A DNA stretch of 64,000 bases from Bryobacterales bacterium (lineage in GTDB: Bacteria; Acidobacteriota; Terriglobia; Bryobacterales; UBA6623), in contig OY729428.2 in NCBI GenBank assembly GCA_963422375.2, forward strand, positions 2,656,001 to 2,720,000, in the 5' to 3' direction. Positions 1 through 10,658 of the stretch are shown one piece after another; within the stretch, counting starts at the first letter, position 1; every line of letters starts with the position of its first letter. The notes under the pieces are model-generated. The model was not told the DNA's origin, ran no database searches, and was given only the letters and a program-made list of their open reading frames with translations. Both the position numbers and the translations under genes were made by a program.

Positions 1-345
1 AGCCCCGTGGTCGACGAGGCGACCGGGACGGTCAAGATCACCGCGCGATTCGAGCCTCCCAGCGGCGCGTTCCGGCCCGGAGCCTTCGTCCGGGTGGAGC
101 TCGAGACGGACACTCGGCGCGACGCGGTGTTGATTCCGAAGCAGGCCGTGATCGAAGAGGACGGCGATTCGTACGTCGTGCTGGTGGGAGAGGAAGGCGT
201 CGCCCGCCGCAAGGCAGTCCAGCTGGGCTACCAGAGCGACGTCGCGATCGAAGTCCTCGCCGGAGTGTCCGTCGGCGAGAGCGTGGTGGTCGCCGGCCAG
301 GGGAAGCTCAAGGACGGCGATCAGACGCGGGTGATCGCCGAATAG
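1..345 (+). CDS. RND efflux periplasmic adaptor (MFP) subunit, 5'-truncated by the window edge
   Basis: VDEATGTVKITARF...RPGAFVRV...IPKQAVI...VQLG...VVVAGQGKLKDG is a typical MFP C-terminus; lies directly upstream of two RND permeases. Confidence 0.88.
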   Translation, partial: SPVVDEATGTVKITARFEPPSGAFRPGAFVRVELETDTRRDAVLIPKQAVIEEDGDSYVVLVGEEGVARRKAVQLGYQSDVAIEVLAGVSVGESVVVAGQGKLKDGDQTRVIAE

Positions 346-394
346 CCTCCCGCGCGGAGGATTCGTCGCCGGCTAGACCGCAGAAGGGCACCCC

Positions 395-3300
395 GTGCAG
401 ATCACCCGGATAGCGATCCGCCGGCCGGTAACGGTGTTCATGGCCGTGAGCGCCGTCGCGCTGTTCGGCAGCGTCTCTCTCAACCGGCTGGCGCTGAACC
501 TCCTGCCGGAGATTTCCTACCCCTCCCTGACCATCCAGACCGACTACGAGGACGCCGCTCCCGAGGAAATCGAGTCGCTGATCACGCGCCCGGTCGAAGA
601 GGCGGTGGGGATCGTGCCGGGCCTGAACAGGATCAGCTCGGTCTCGCGCCCGGGGCAGTCCGAGGTTGTCCTGGAGTTCACCTGGGACACCGCGATGGAC
701 CTGGCGAGCATCGAGGTGCGGGAGAAGCTGGACCTGATCGAGCTGCCCCGCGACGTGCGCCGACCGGTGATCCTGCGCTTCGACCCGTCGAACGATCCCA
801 TCCTGCGCGTGCAGGTTCACGGCGAGCTGTCGCTGGCGAGGCTCCGCGACCTGGCCGAGCGCGAGTTCAAGAAGCGCCTGGAGTCCATCCGCGGAGTGGC
901 GGCCGTGAAGGTCGTGGGCGGTCGCGAGGAGCAGATCCGCATCGAGATCGACGAGCGCCGGGTGGCGGAACTCGGCATCCCGATCACCCGCGTCACCGAG
1001 ACCCTGCGCCAAGAGAACCTCAATCAAGCCAGTGGCAGCCTCTACGACCTCGACATGAACTACATGGTGCGGATGGTCAACGAGTTCCGCACGGTCGAGG
1101 AGGTCCGCGGAATCGTCATCGCGGACCAGGCGGGCCGCCAGGTCCTCCTGCGGGACATCGCCCGGGTCTGGCGCGGCTCGAAGGAGCGCGACATCATCGC
1201 CCGCTTCAACGGCAGCGAGAGCGTCGAGATGGCCGTCTACAAGGAGGGCGACGCCAATACCGTGACGGTCTCGCGCGCGGTCTCCAGCCAGCTCGACGCG
1301 ATGAAGGAGGAGCCCACCTACCCGAACGGCGTGGAGACCTCCGTCGTGTTCGACCAAGCGCGGTTCATCGTCGAGAGCGTGAACAACGTGCTGTCCGCGG
1401 CGATCGTGGGAGGCGTATTGGCGACGCTCGTCCTGTTCCTGTTCCTGCGCGACGGACGCAGCACGGCGATCATCGCCGCCTCGATCCCGATCTCGGTCAT
1501 GGCGACGTTCGCCGCGATGTACCAGGCGGACATCACGCTGAACATCATGTCGCTCGGCGGCGTCGCGCTCGGCATCGGCATGCTGGTCGACAACTCCATC
1601 GTGGTCCTCGAAGCGGTCCACCGGCACCGCGGGCCCGGCATCGGGCTGGCCGAGGCGGTCTACGCGGGCGCGTCCGAGGTGGCGATGCCCGTGACAGCGT
1701 CGACGCTGACAACCGTGGCCGTGTTCCTGCCGCTGGTGTTCGTCGAGGGCATCGCGGGCCAGCTGTTCCGCGACCAAGCGCTGACGATCACGTTCTCGCT
1801 GCTGGCATCGCTGGCCGTGGCGCTCACGGTCATTCCGACTCTGCTGTCCGCGCGGATCCGAACGGCCGCCGAGCTCGGGGCCGGGGAGGCGCACCCTCCC
1901 CCGGCCCGGTCCCGCAGCCGCCTCCTGCGAGCCGCCCTGCGCGGGCTGCGGTTCGCGACCAGCGACACCCCGCGGGTCGTGATTGCCGACGCCAAGCGGC
2001 TGCTGCGGGGCGCCTCCGCCGGCCTCGGGCGCCTTCTGCGGCCCTTGTTCGAGCGATTCGACACCGCCTTCGAGCGAACGGTCGGCCGCTACGCGGACCT
2101 TCTGGAAGCGGCCTTGGACAACAAGCCCGCAGTCTTCGCGGCTGTGCTCGGCTGCGTGGCCGCGGCCGCGCTGCTGGCGGGCCTCCTCGGAGCGGAGCTC
2201 GTCCCGCCCCTGACGCAAGGCGAGTTCTCGTTCAAGGTCAGCCTGCCGCAGGGTCGCCCGCTGGAGGCCACGGACCGAGCGATGCGGCGGGTCGAGGAGG
2301 AGGCGCTGGCCATTCCCGGCGTCGCGACCGTCTTCGCCAGCATCGGCGGCAGCCAAGAGAGCCAGTTCGCGAGCGGCGACCTCGAGGAGCATCTCGGCAG
2401 GCTCCACCTCGTGATGGAAGATCCCAACGACAAGGCCGCCGAGGAGCGCGCCATCGCCGGAATCCGCGACGCGATCGCACGCATTCCAGAGGCCGAGCAG
2501 CAGTTCGAGCGCCCGACCCTGTTCAGCTTCAAGACCCCGGCCGAGGTGGAGATCTTCGCCTACGATCTGGGCGACCTGCGCTCCGCGGCCGACGTCATCG
2601 CCGAGCGCATGGCGCGCATCCAGGGCCTGCGCGACGTCGAGACCACCACCCGCCTCGGCAGCCCGGAAATCCAAGTTCGGTTCGACCGGCGGCGCCTGAC
2701 CAACCTGGGACTCCAGGAGGACCAGGTGGCACGCACGCTCCGCAATAAGATCCGCGGCGACGTCGCGTCGCGGTACCGCGAAGGCGACCGGCAGATCGAC
2801 ATCCTCGTGCGCGTGGAGGAGCCCGACCGCGACGCCGTGGCGGACATCGAGAGCATGGTGATCAACAGTTCGCCGTGGCGCACCGGGATGGTCGCCGAGC
2901 AGGGTGCATCCGAGGGCGAGGGCGTCGCGGACGACGGTGCCGCTGGCGCCGGCCAGCGCCAGCCCTTCGTCCCGGTGCGCCTAGGCCAGGTCGCAAGCGT
3001 GGACGTGCGTCAAGGGCCGGCGGAAATCCGGCGCATCCGCTCCCAGCGCGCGGCGGTCGTCCGGGCGAATCTGAGCGGCCGGGACCTGCGCAGCGCTTCC
3101 ACCGACATCCGCGCCGCGCTGGACGAGATCGGGGGCGACCTGCCGGTCGCGGCGACGGCGGCCCTCGGAGGCCAGAACCAAGAGCTCGAGGTGTCGTACC
3201 GAAGTCTCGGATTCGCGCTGGCCCTCGCGATCTTCCTTGTCTACCTAGTCATGGCGTCGCAGTTCGAGTCCCTGCTGCACCCCTTCGTGATCCTGCTGAC

Positions 3301-3769
3301 CGTGCCGCTCGGCATGGCGGGGGTGGTGTTCGCGCTGGCCCTGACAGGCACGGACCTGAGCGTGGTGGTGCTACTCGGGGCGATCGTGCTGGCGGGCATC
3401 GCCGTCAACAACGCGATCGTGCTGGTGGACTTCACGAACCGCCTGCGTGCCGACGGCATGGCGAAGCGAGCCGCCATCCTCCGCGCCGGCCGAGTGCGCC
3501 TGCGCCCGATCCTCATGACCTCGCTGACGACCCTGCTCGGCCTCGCGCCGATGGCCTTCGGCTGGGGCGAGGGGGACGAGGTGCGGGCCCCGATGGCGAT
3601 CGCGGTGATCGGCGGCCTGGTCGCCTGCACCCCTCTGACGCTCATCGTGATCCCGGTGGTCTACGACCTCCTCGATCGCGGGCGCGTCGCGCAGCGGGAG
3701 GCGCGGCCGGCGGGCAGCGATCGCTCCCGCCCGCTGGGCGACGGACTCGACCCGCTGGCGCAGCACTGA
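395..3769 (+). CDS. RND efflux permease (AcrB/AcrD/AcrF family), subunit 1
   Basis: 1124 aa; N-terminal AIRRPVTV TM helix, GMLVDNSIVVLE, VNNAIVLVD, RLRPILMTSLTT motifs. Confidence 0.95.
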   Translation: MQITRIAIRRPVTVFMAVSAVALFGSVSLNRLALNLLPEISYPSLTIQTDYEDAAPEEIESLITRPVEEAVGIVPGLNRISSVSRPGQSEVVLEFTWDTAMDLASIEVREKLDLIELPRDVRRPVILRFDPSNDPILRVQVHGELSLARLRDLAEREFKKRLESIRGVAAVKVVGGREEQIRIEIDERRVAELGIPITRVTETLRQENLNQASGSLYDLDMNYMVRMVNEFRTVEEVRGIVIADQAGRQVLLRDIARVWRGSKERDIIARFNGSESVEMAVYKEGDANTVTVSRAVSSQLDAMKEEPTYPNGVETSVVFDQARFIVESVNNVLSAAIVGGVLATLVLFLFLRDGRSTAIIAASIPISVMATFAAMYQADITLNIMSLGGVALGIGMLVDNSIVVLEAVHRHRGPGIGLAEAVYAGASEVAMPVTASTLTTVAVFLPLVFVEGIAGQLFRDQALTITFSLLASLAVALTVIPTLLSARIRTAAELGAGEAHPPPARSRSRLLRAALRGLRFATSDTPRVVIADAKRLLRGASAGLGRLLRPLFERFDTAFERTVGRYADLLEAALDNKPAVFAAVLGCVAAAALLAGLLGAELVPPLTQGEFSFKVSLPQGRPLEATDRAMRRVEEEALAIPGVATVFASIGGSQESQFASGDLEEHLGRLHLVMEDPNDKAAEERAIAGIRDAIARIPEAEQQFERPTLFSFKTPAEVEIFAYDLGDLRSAADVIAERMARIQGLRDVETTTRLGSPEIQVRFDRRRLTNLGLQEDQVARTLRNKIRGDVASRYREGDRQIDILVRVEEPDRDAVADIESMVINSSPWRTGMVAEQGASEGEGVADDGAAGAGQRQPFVPVRLGQVASVDVRQGPAEIRRIRSQRAAVVRANLSGRDLRSASTDIRAALDEIGGDLPVAATAALGGQNQELEVSYRSLGFALALAIFLVYLVMASQFESLLHPFVILLTVPLGMAGVVFALALTGTDLSVVVLLGAIVLAGIAVNNAIVLVDFTNRLRADGMAKRAAILRAGRVRLRPILMTSLTTLLGLAPMAFGWGEGDEVRAPMAIAVIGGLVACTPLTLIVIPVVYDLLDRGRVAQREARPAGSDRSRPLGDGLDPLAQH

Positions 3770-3770
3770 C

Positions 3771-6700
3771 ATGGACACGACTTCCCGCGAGCCCGGCGGC
3801 GAGTTCGCCGGATCGGGCCAGCGCATCGCGGCGTTCGCCATCGGCCGGCCGGTGACGGTCTGCATGCTGTTCGTGTCGATTGTCGTGATGGGCGTGATCG
3901 CGGTCCAGCGCATCCCGCTGATGCTCATGCCGAGCCTCGACGCGCCGTTCCTGTTCGTCAGGGCGGACTATTTCAACGCGACGCCCGGGCAGGTTCTCGA
4001 CTCGATCACCAAGCCGGTCGAGGAGGCGCTGGCCACCGTTCCGGGCGTGCAGCGGATGAGCTCGCGGTCGACCGCAAACGGGATGACCCTGCAGGCGTGG
4101 ACCGGGATGGGCGCCGACACTTCCCTGATTCGGTCGGAAGTGCGCGAAAAGATCGAGCAGGTCCGCGGCGACCTCCCGGAAGACCTGCGCCAAGTGGCGA
4201 TCTTCAACTTCTCCACCGACGAGATTCCCATTCTGGAGGGCACGCTGATCGCCGATCGGGACCTGCGGCGCGAGTTCGAGTTCCTTGACGCGCGGGTCAA
4301 GAAGCCTCTGGAGCGGATTCCGGGCGTCGGCAACGTCGATCTCTGGGGCGCCGACCGGAGGCAGGTGGAGATCTACCTGCGCCTAGACGACATCAAGCGC
4401 TACGGCGTGGATGTCGGCCGGCTGTTCCAGTCCATCGACGGCTCGAATCTCGACCTGTCGCTCGGACGAATCTCGGACGGCGGGCAGCGCTATTCGGCCG
4501 TCGTCAAGGGAGCGCTGCAATCGGTCGACGAGATCGCCCGCTACCCGATAGGCCAGCAGAGCCTGGTTCTCGCGGACGTCGCGGACGTGTTCCTGGACCA
4601 GAGGCCCCGCAACCAAGGGCGCCACCACAACGGAGCGAATGCGGTGGGGCTCGCGATTCAGAAGACCTCCGAAGCCAACACCGTCGAGGTGGTCGACCGA
4701 GTGATGGCGGCCTTCAAAGAGTGGCGGGACGACCCCGCCATGGACGGGCTGGAGGTGCGCTGGTGGCACGACTCGGCGAAGGAGATCCGCAGCGGGTTGG
4801 GGGAGCTGCTCAAGGCGGGAGGAATCGGAGCGGTGCTGGCCATCACCGTGCTGCTGGCGTTCCTGCGCCGCCTCGACGCGAGCCTCGCGATCGGACTCGC
4901 GATTCCGTTCTCCGTGCTGACCGCGGTCGGCTTCCTGTATTTCCAGGGCGGCACGCTCAACGTCCTGTCGATGATGGGCCTGATGCTGGCGGCCGGAATG
5001 CTGGTCGACAACGCCGTCGTGGTGCTCGAAGCCATCTTCCAGAAGCACGAGCAGGGCGAGCCCGCCGAGCGGGCGGCCCGCCGAGGCGCCGGGGAAGTCA
5101 CGGTCGCAGTGATCGCCGCGACCTCGACAACGATGATCATCTTCGTCCCGCTGCTGTTCGATTCCGACTCCCCCATCGCGATCATGCTCTCGCACGTGGG
5201 CATCTCGATCATCTTCGCCCTGCTATGCTCGCTCTTCATCTCCCTGACCCTGATACCGCTGGCGTGCGCGCGATTCCTGCGGGGCGGCGGCCGGGCGGTT
5301 AGTGCGCTGCCCGGCCGGCTCGAGTCGCTCGGCTCGAGGCTGCGGCCGCTCGCGGAGCGGGCCTCCATCCGCACGCTTGCCGACCGGTACGCCGCGCTTG
5401 TCCGCTGGCACCTGGACCGGCGCTACGCGGTCGGGCTGGCGGCGGTTCCGGCGCTGCTGGGCCTCTCGATCTTCGCGTTGGTGGAGGTCGTCCCCGACAA
5501 CGAGCCGAACGAGGGCGCGGGCTCGTCGCTGCGGATCGAGTACGAGTTCTCGGAGCACTACCACTACGCCAAGATCGAGCGCGACTACGTCAACCCCGTG
5601 GAGCGGTTCCTGCACGAGAGCAAGGACCGCTTCAAGATCTCCTCGACCACTAGCCAGTTCGGCAACAACTGGGCGTGGACGCGCGCCTACCTAGACGCGG
5701 ACAAGGTGGCCGTCGGGGATGTCGGGGATATCCGGGCCGGCATCAACGACGGCCTGCCGGTCATCCCGGGCGCCAAGATCTCGCTCGGACAGGAGGGGGG
5801 CGGCGACCGCAACTGGATCAACGCCAACATCTACGGCGACGACCCGGCGGTCCTGTGGGCACTCGCCGAGAGGGCCCGCGACGCGCTGAGCAAGACGGAG
5901 GGATTCGGCGAGACCTTCTCGGCGGCCTCGGGAGATAGCGGCGAGTTGCAAATCCGCCTGCGACGCGAGACGGCTCGCAAGTACAACGTCTCGCCGCGCA
6001 CGGTGGCCCAGCTGCTGGGGATCACGGTGCGCACGCAGCGGATGCGGAGCTACCGCACGGCCGAAGGCGAGGTCGAACTGTGGATGGGAATCGACCCGTC
6101 CGACATGCAGAGCGTGGATGATCTGAAGTCCGTCGTGGTCGGGGGCGGGCCAAGCGGCGAGCCGGTCCTCCTAGGCCACGTGGCGGACGTCCGTCTCAGC
6201 AAGGCCCCTCGCCGCATCAATCGGGAGAACCGGCGCACCTTCACGGAGCTGCACGCGGCGTACGAAGGGGACAAGGCGGGAGACGGCCGGGAAAAAGTCG
6301 CCAAAGTTCTCGACAGCCTGCCCTTCGAGAGCGGCTACGGCTGGAGCTTCGGATTCTTCACCCGCCAGCAGGACGCGGACGTGGAGGATTTCCTGTTCAA
6401 CATGGTGCTGGCGTTCGTGATGGTGTACATCGTGACGGCCTCGCTGTTCGAATCGATGCTGCACCCGTTCGCCATCATGCTGGCCCTGCCGTTCTCGGTG
6501 GTCGGCATCGTCCTGCTGCTGACGATCACGGGCACGCCCTTCAGCGCGATGGCGCAGATCGGCATCATCATCCTGATCGGGATCGCCGTCAACAACGGCA
6601 TCGTGCTCATCAACCACGTCAACAACCTGCGCCGCCTCGGCATGCCCCGGCAGGAGGCGATCCTTCGCGGCTGCGAGGAGCGGTTCCGTCCGATCTGCAT

Positions 6701-6941
6701 GACTGCCCTGACCACGATCGTGGGGCTGCTGCCGCTAGCGTGGGGCGATTCCGGCCTGATGGGCATGAGCTACTACCCCCTCGCGCGCACGGTAATCGGG
6801 GGACTCCTCGCCTCGACGGCGCTGACGCTGCTGGTGCTGCCCACCTACTACGTCATCCTCGACGACTTCGGACGATGGTGGCGGGGCATCTGGGTGGGGG
6901 CCCGCACGTCCTCGGCGCCGGAACCGGCCGCGGGCGACTGA
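3771..6941 (+). CDS. RND efflux permease (AcrB/AcrD/AcrF family), subunit 2
   Basis: 1056 aa; GMLVDNAVVVLE, VNNGIVLI, RFRPICMTALTT; starts 1 nt after the stop of subunit 1. Confidence 0.95.
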   Translation: MDTTSREPGGEFAGSGQRIAAFAIGRPVTVCMLFVSIVVMGVIAVQRIPLMLMPSLDAPFLFVRADYFNATPGQVLDSITKPVEEALATVPGVQRMSSRSTANGMTLQAWTGMGADTSLIRSEVREKIEQVRGDLPEDLRQVAIFNFSTDEIPILEGTLIADRDLRREFEFLDARVKKPLERIPGVGNVDLWGADRRQVEIYLRLDDIKRYGVDVGRLFQSIDGSNLDLSLGRISDGGQRYSAVVKGALQSVDEIARYPIGQQSLVLADVADVFLDQRPRNQGRHHNGANAVGLAIQKTSEANTVEVVDRVMAAFKEWRDDPAMDGLEVRWWHDSAKEIRSGLGELLKAGGIGAVLAITVLLAFLRRLDASLAIGLAIPFSVLTAVGFLYFQGGTLNVLSMMGLMLAAGMLVDNAVVVLEAIFQKHEQGEPAERAARRGAGEVTVAVIAATSTTMIIFVPLLFDSDSPIAIMLSHVGISIIFALLCSLFISLTLIPLACARFLRGGGRAVSALPGRLESLGSRLRPLAERASIRTLADRYAALVRWHLDRRYAVGLAAVPALLGLSIFALVEVVPDNEPNEGAGSSLRIEYEFSEHYHYAKIERDYVNPVERFLHESKDRFKISSTTSQFGNNWAWTRAYLDADKVAVGDVGDIRAGINDGLPVIPGAKISLGQEGGGDRNWINANIYGDDPAVLWALAERARDALSKTEGFGETFSAASGDSGELQIRLRRETARKYNVSPRTVAQLLGITVRTQRMRSYRTAEGEVELWMGIDPSDMQSVDDLKSVVVGGGPSGEPVLLGHVADVRLSKAPRRINRENRRTFTELHAAYEGDKAGDGREKVAKVLDSLPFESGYGWSFGFFTRQQDADVEDFLFNMVLAFVMVYIVTASLFESMLHPFAIMLALPFSVVGIVLLLTITGTPFSAMAQIGIIILIGIAVNNGIVLINHVNNLRRLGMPRQEAILRGCEERFRPICMTALTTIVGLLPLAWGDSGLMGMSYYPLARTVIGGLLASTALTLLVLPTYYVILDDFGRWWRGIWVGARTSSAPEPAAGD

Positions 6942-7112
6942 GAAGCGCGGCGCCCGTCCGCTCGATTCGCAGCCGCTCCGACTCCACACCCACCGGTCGA
7001 CGCCAAGCGCATAGCAGGATTGCGACAATCTGGAGTGCGGCTTGGCCGAGCGGACCCGGTGACAGCAGGTCTCGCTGAGGCGGCTGCCGATCAAAGCGCA
7101 GGGAGGGTCGCA

Positions 7113-7388
7113 GTGAGGATTTCAGCAGTAGCATTCGGAACGGCTATCGCGGTCATATGGGGAGCCGCCTTCTGCGTGATGGGAGCTCTTCACGCCGCGT
7201 TCCCCAGCTACGGCGCCGAGTTCTTCCAGCTCATGGGCTCGATCTACCCGGGCATGACGAGCTTGGGGCCGGTCTCCACCATCCTGCTGGGCGTGGCGTA
7301 CGGATTGGCCGACGGGTTTCTGTTCGGATACCTAGTGGCGCGGCTCTACAATCTCGCCGCCGACAGGATTCACCGGCGGTCGAGCTGA
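7113..7388 (+). CDS. small membrane protein, hypothetical
   Basis: GTG at 7113 preceded by GGGAGG; two hydrophobic segments; SIYPG...G.AYGLADGFLFG...RLYN pattern. Confidence 0.6.
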   Translation: MRISAVAFGTAIAVIWGAAFCVMGALHAAFPSYGAEFFQLMGSIYPGMTSLGPVSTILLGVAYGLADGFLFGYLVARLYNLAADRIHRRSS

Positions 7389-7485
7389 CAACACGGAGGG
7401 CGCCGACCACGCTGCCCTGCCGCGGGCGGGACGCTCGGCCGATCAAGGCTCGTTCTAGCGGTGCGCCAGCGCAGGCTGCGCACGC

Positions 7486-8979
7486 CTACTCCCTCTGCGG
7501 CAGCTCCGTGACCGCCGAGGCGAGGAATTCGAGAATCGCCGACGCGACCTCCGGGCTGGACGAGGCGACATCGGTCTCCTCTCCGGGGTCCGCGCTCAGG
7601 TCGAACAGTTCCAGCGGCTCGTCCGGGCCCTCGCGCACGGCCTTCCACCTGCCCCACCGGACCGCTTCGGCATTCCCCGGGGTGCCGCCCCAGTAGAGAA
7701 ACCGCTCCGCAAGGCCGGAGGCACGGCCGAGCAGCACCGGCGCTACGCTCACGCCGTCGATGCGGTCGGGCGCGTCGAAACCCACGATCTCCGCGACCGT
7801 CGGGAGGAAATCCGCGAAATACCACACCGCTTCGCTCACGGATCCCGCCGGGACGCGCCCCGGCCAGCGGGCGATCATCGGCACGCGGATCCCGCCGTCG
7901 TGCAGCGATCGCTTGTAGCCCTGCAGCGGGCCGTTCGAGTCGAAGAAGAACGGGTCGTTGCCTCCCTCCCGGTGCGGCCCGTTGTCGGAAGTGAAGAAGA
8001 CCAGTGTGCGCTCGTCAATCGCCAGCGCCTTCAGCGTCTCGAATAGCCGCCCGACTCCCTCGTCCATCCGGGTGATCATCGCGGCCGTCCCCTTCTGCGG
8101 ACCGGGCCAGTCCTCGTCGCGATAGATGCCCGCATCCGGCACCTCCATGCCGATGCGCTCGCGATGAGCGCCGAGGTCCCCCGTGACGTTGGCGATGCCC
8201 GGACTGCCTCCGCCATCGCGTCCGCCAGCTTCGTTATTCGCGTGCGGGATCGTCAGCGCAAGGTAGAGGAAGAACGGTCCTCCGGCGTTCGACCCGACCC
8301 ACTTCAACGCCTCCTCCACGAGGAGGTCGTGCGAGTAGTCGACGCGCTCCGTGGCGACCCCGCTCAGCCCATCGTGGCGCCCGGACGGAACTACTACGTT
8401 CCGCAACGGCACCCTCTCGCCATTGCGCATGAGGAATTCCGGATAGAAATTGTGGGCGTGACGCTGGCTGAGGTACCCGTAGAAGTAGTCGAAGCCCTGC
8501 CGCCAAGGCGCTCCCGGAGAGTCCTCCATGCCGAGGCCCCACTTCCCAATTAGCGCCGTTGCGTAACCGGAATCGCGAAGGAGATCCGCAACGGTCACGT
8601 CCTCGTACCACAAGCCGGAGGTGCCGTTCCTCCGGACGCGCGTGTGCCCGGTATGCTGGCCTGTCATCAAGACGCTGCGGGACGGCGCGCAAACGGTGAA
8701 TCCTGCGTAGGCGTTCGTGAACCGGATGCCCTCCGCTGCCATCCGGTCGAGGTGCGGCGTCATGATCCGCTGCTGGCCGTAGGAGCCTAGGTCGCCGTAG
8801 CCGAGATCGTCCGCAAGAATCCAGATGATGTTCGGCGGGCCGTCGCTGCGTTCCGGCCCGGCCCCGTATCCGGCGGACGGGAGCGCGACGACAAGGCACG
8901 CCACCCGAAGGCACGCCACCCGACGGATGGCCAGGGTGGCGCGTGAATCGGACGGCTGACGGAGACTTCCTTCGATCAT
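7486..8979 (-). CDS. arylsulfatase (Cys-type formylglycine sulfatase); start uncertain
   Basis: PNIIWILADDLGYGD, VCAPSRSVLMTG (CxPxR), GKWGLG, FTSDNG motifs. Confidence 0.93.
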   Translation of the reverse strand: MIEGSLRQPSDSRATLAIRRVACLRVACLVVALPSAGYGAGPERSDGPPNIIWILADDLGYGDLGSYGQQRIMTPHLDRMAAEGIRFTNAYAGFTVCAPSRSVLMTGQHTGHTRVRRNGTSGLWYEDVTVADLLRDSGYATALIGKWGLGMEDSPGAPWRQGFDYFYGYLSQRHAHNFYPEFLMRNGERVPLRNVVVPSGRHDGLSGVATERVDYSHDLLVEEALKWVGSNAGGPFFLYLALTIPHANNEAGGRDGGGSPGIANVTGDLGAHRERIGMEVPDAGIYRDEDWPGPQKGTAAMITRMDEGVGRLFETLKALAIDERTLVFFTSDNGPHREGGNDPFFFDSNGPLQGYKRSLHDGGIRVPMIARWPGRVPAGSVSEAVWYFADFLPTVAEIVGFDAPDRIDGVSVAPVLLGRASGLAERFLYWGGTPGNAEAVRWGRWKAVREGPDEPLELFDLSADPGEETDVASSSPEVASAILEFLASAVTELPQRE

Positions 8980-9452
8980 CGGGGAACTTCGCTGGGCGGG
9001 CGGCAACGGAGCTCGCCGGGTCGCGGCGAGCTCAGGCCACGAGCGGGAACAGGGTAGCACGGGCCCCGGGTTCAAGGAGGAAGCCGCGGACTCTCATCGG
9101 TATCGTCCCTCCTTGCTCTCGTCGATTGGTCCGGACGCGTCGCATGACGCTGCAAGTCGGCCGTGGCGGCACGTTCGCCACGTGCTGCGATGCATCCGAA
9201 CACTCGTCACTGCCAGCCGCTCGTGCCGAGGCCATGCAACGGCGGACCCAGCGCGGCACGCGAGAGAGGCTGCCTGCCGCGGCATCATCGACCTGAATGG
9301 ATCTCGAGCCAACGAGTGAGTGCTTCGACAGTTCGTGCAAGCCCTTAGTCTCTGGGAGGTTGCAGCAGGTCCGTGGGACAAAGATCGGGCCGACTCGGGT
9401 CGGCTTGCGCATCTCCCGGGAGGAGGGGGCAAGCTGCGTTGAGGAACCGCCC

Positions 9453-10004
9453 GTGAGGACTGTTCAGGACCTCCAGCTCACCCTTGGCCAGTCCGCAATC
9501 GAGGATATTGATCTTGACGTCCGTTCCCGCGACGATATCCCGGCTATCCCGCTAGGAATACATTCTCCATACTGCACCGAGGAACCGCGTGAGAAGGTTT
9601 CCGGGCTGCTCGAGAGCCAAGTCTTCGGTCGCAGCGAGGGTGGAACCGATCGTTCCGAAGACGAGCCCGGCAAGTTCAACCCTGCCGTCGGTCGTCCCGG
9701 GATTCAGCTGGGGAGCATTCCGGTTCTCGGCCTGCTCATGCACGGCTTGAATTGCGACTACGACCGCGTGACGGAGCTGGCGAACAAGCACGCCGGCATA
9801 CAACACTTCCTCGGTCTGAGTGCGACGCTGGACGAGCAGGTTCTCAGCTACCGGACAGTCAACTGGAACGTGAAGATGGACCGGGGAGCGAAGAGATTCG
9901 AGCGGATGATTGGGCAGACTGTGCTGGCGGCGAACGTGCATCGAGTGGGCCGGATCCTGCGCGACGGAGAGAGAGCACTCAAGGGGGGGCTGCTGGCTGC
10001 ATAG
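9453..10004 (+). pseudogene. internally deleted, degenerate transposase (ISNCY/IS5-like)
   Basis: N-terminal IEDIDLDVRSRDDIPA...GRPG...GLNCDYDRVTELANKH is joined at ~9875 directly to a C-terminal GAKRFERMIGQTVLAANVHRVGRILR; no DDE core in between. Confidence 0.7.
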
Positions 10005-10071
10005 ACAGCCAGCAGCCATCTGGATCGCCCTGAATCGAAACCTTGAAGAGGCAAGGATCAGGAAAAGTGTG

Positions 10072-10105
10072 CAACGGTTGTACGACTACAACGGTAGTAC
10101 GACTA
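10072..10105 (+). repeat. 17-bp tandem repeat (2 copies, 1 mismatch)
   Basis: CAACGGTTGTACGACTA followed by CAACGGTAGTACGACTA. Confidence 0.8.
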
Positions 10106-10658
10106 ACTGTATCATCACAACGAGAATGGAGTGTGAGGCGATGATTTCAAGCAACTTATCGTAGTCTGTTCTTTCGCGGTCTTCATATGGTTGGGCTCTA
10201 TTGGCTAGCATCCCGGAAACATCTGGGATTTCCCACCAACACGAGTCAGGGTCGCAGATTGGGGCCTCCCCCTCTCGGCCAAGTCTCGATCATCGGCTGA
10301 CGGAATGCCCCCCCTCCCCTCCCCGGGACACTTGCGGGGGTTGCATGCATAGATGCCCGTACCGAGGCACTCCGTTGCGCCGAAAAGGAACCAGCCCGCC
10401 AAGGCCTGGCCTCGGGCCCAAGGCCCCGCCCTAACCGCTCGCGCCCTGGCGCCTGAACTCAAGCACCCTCCGCGATGGCCGGGCCAGTGTCCCTGCAGTC
10501 GAGAGATTGGCGCGAACAGGACAGCGGCATCCTACGGATAGCATTAAGGCTAACCTGCTAGCTGCTGCGCGAGACGACACAAGGAGCAGCCGGAGCGCTT
10601 CGGCCGGTCGTAACTCGCAGACCGCACGAGGCACCCTCACCTATTAATCCCGCCCGCT

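Noticed and set aside
308..2674. 788-aa antisense ORF and many similar long overlapping ORFs (e.g. 12111-13913, 23105-24580, 45158-46552, 55225-56790)
   Set aside because: Shadow ORFs of GC-rich coding DNA: Arg/Gly/Ala-rich, no motifs, overlapping well-supported genes
8894..8923. Duplicated GGCACGCCACCCGA in the sulfatase signal region
   Set aside because: Small in-frame duplication (RVAC.RVAC) in a signal peptide; no evidence of function
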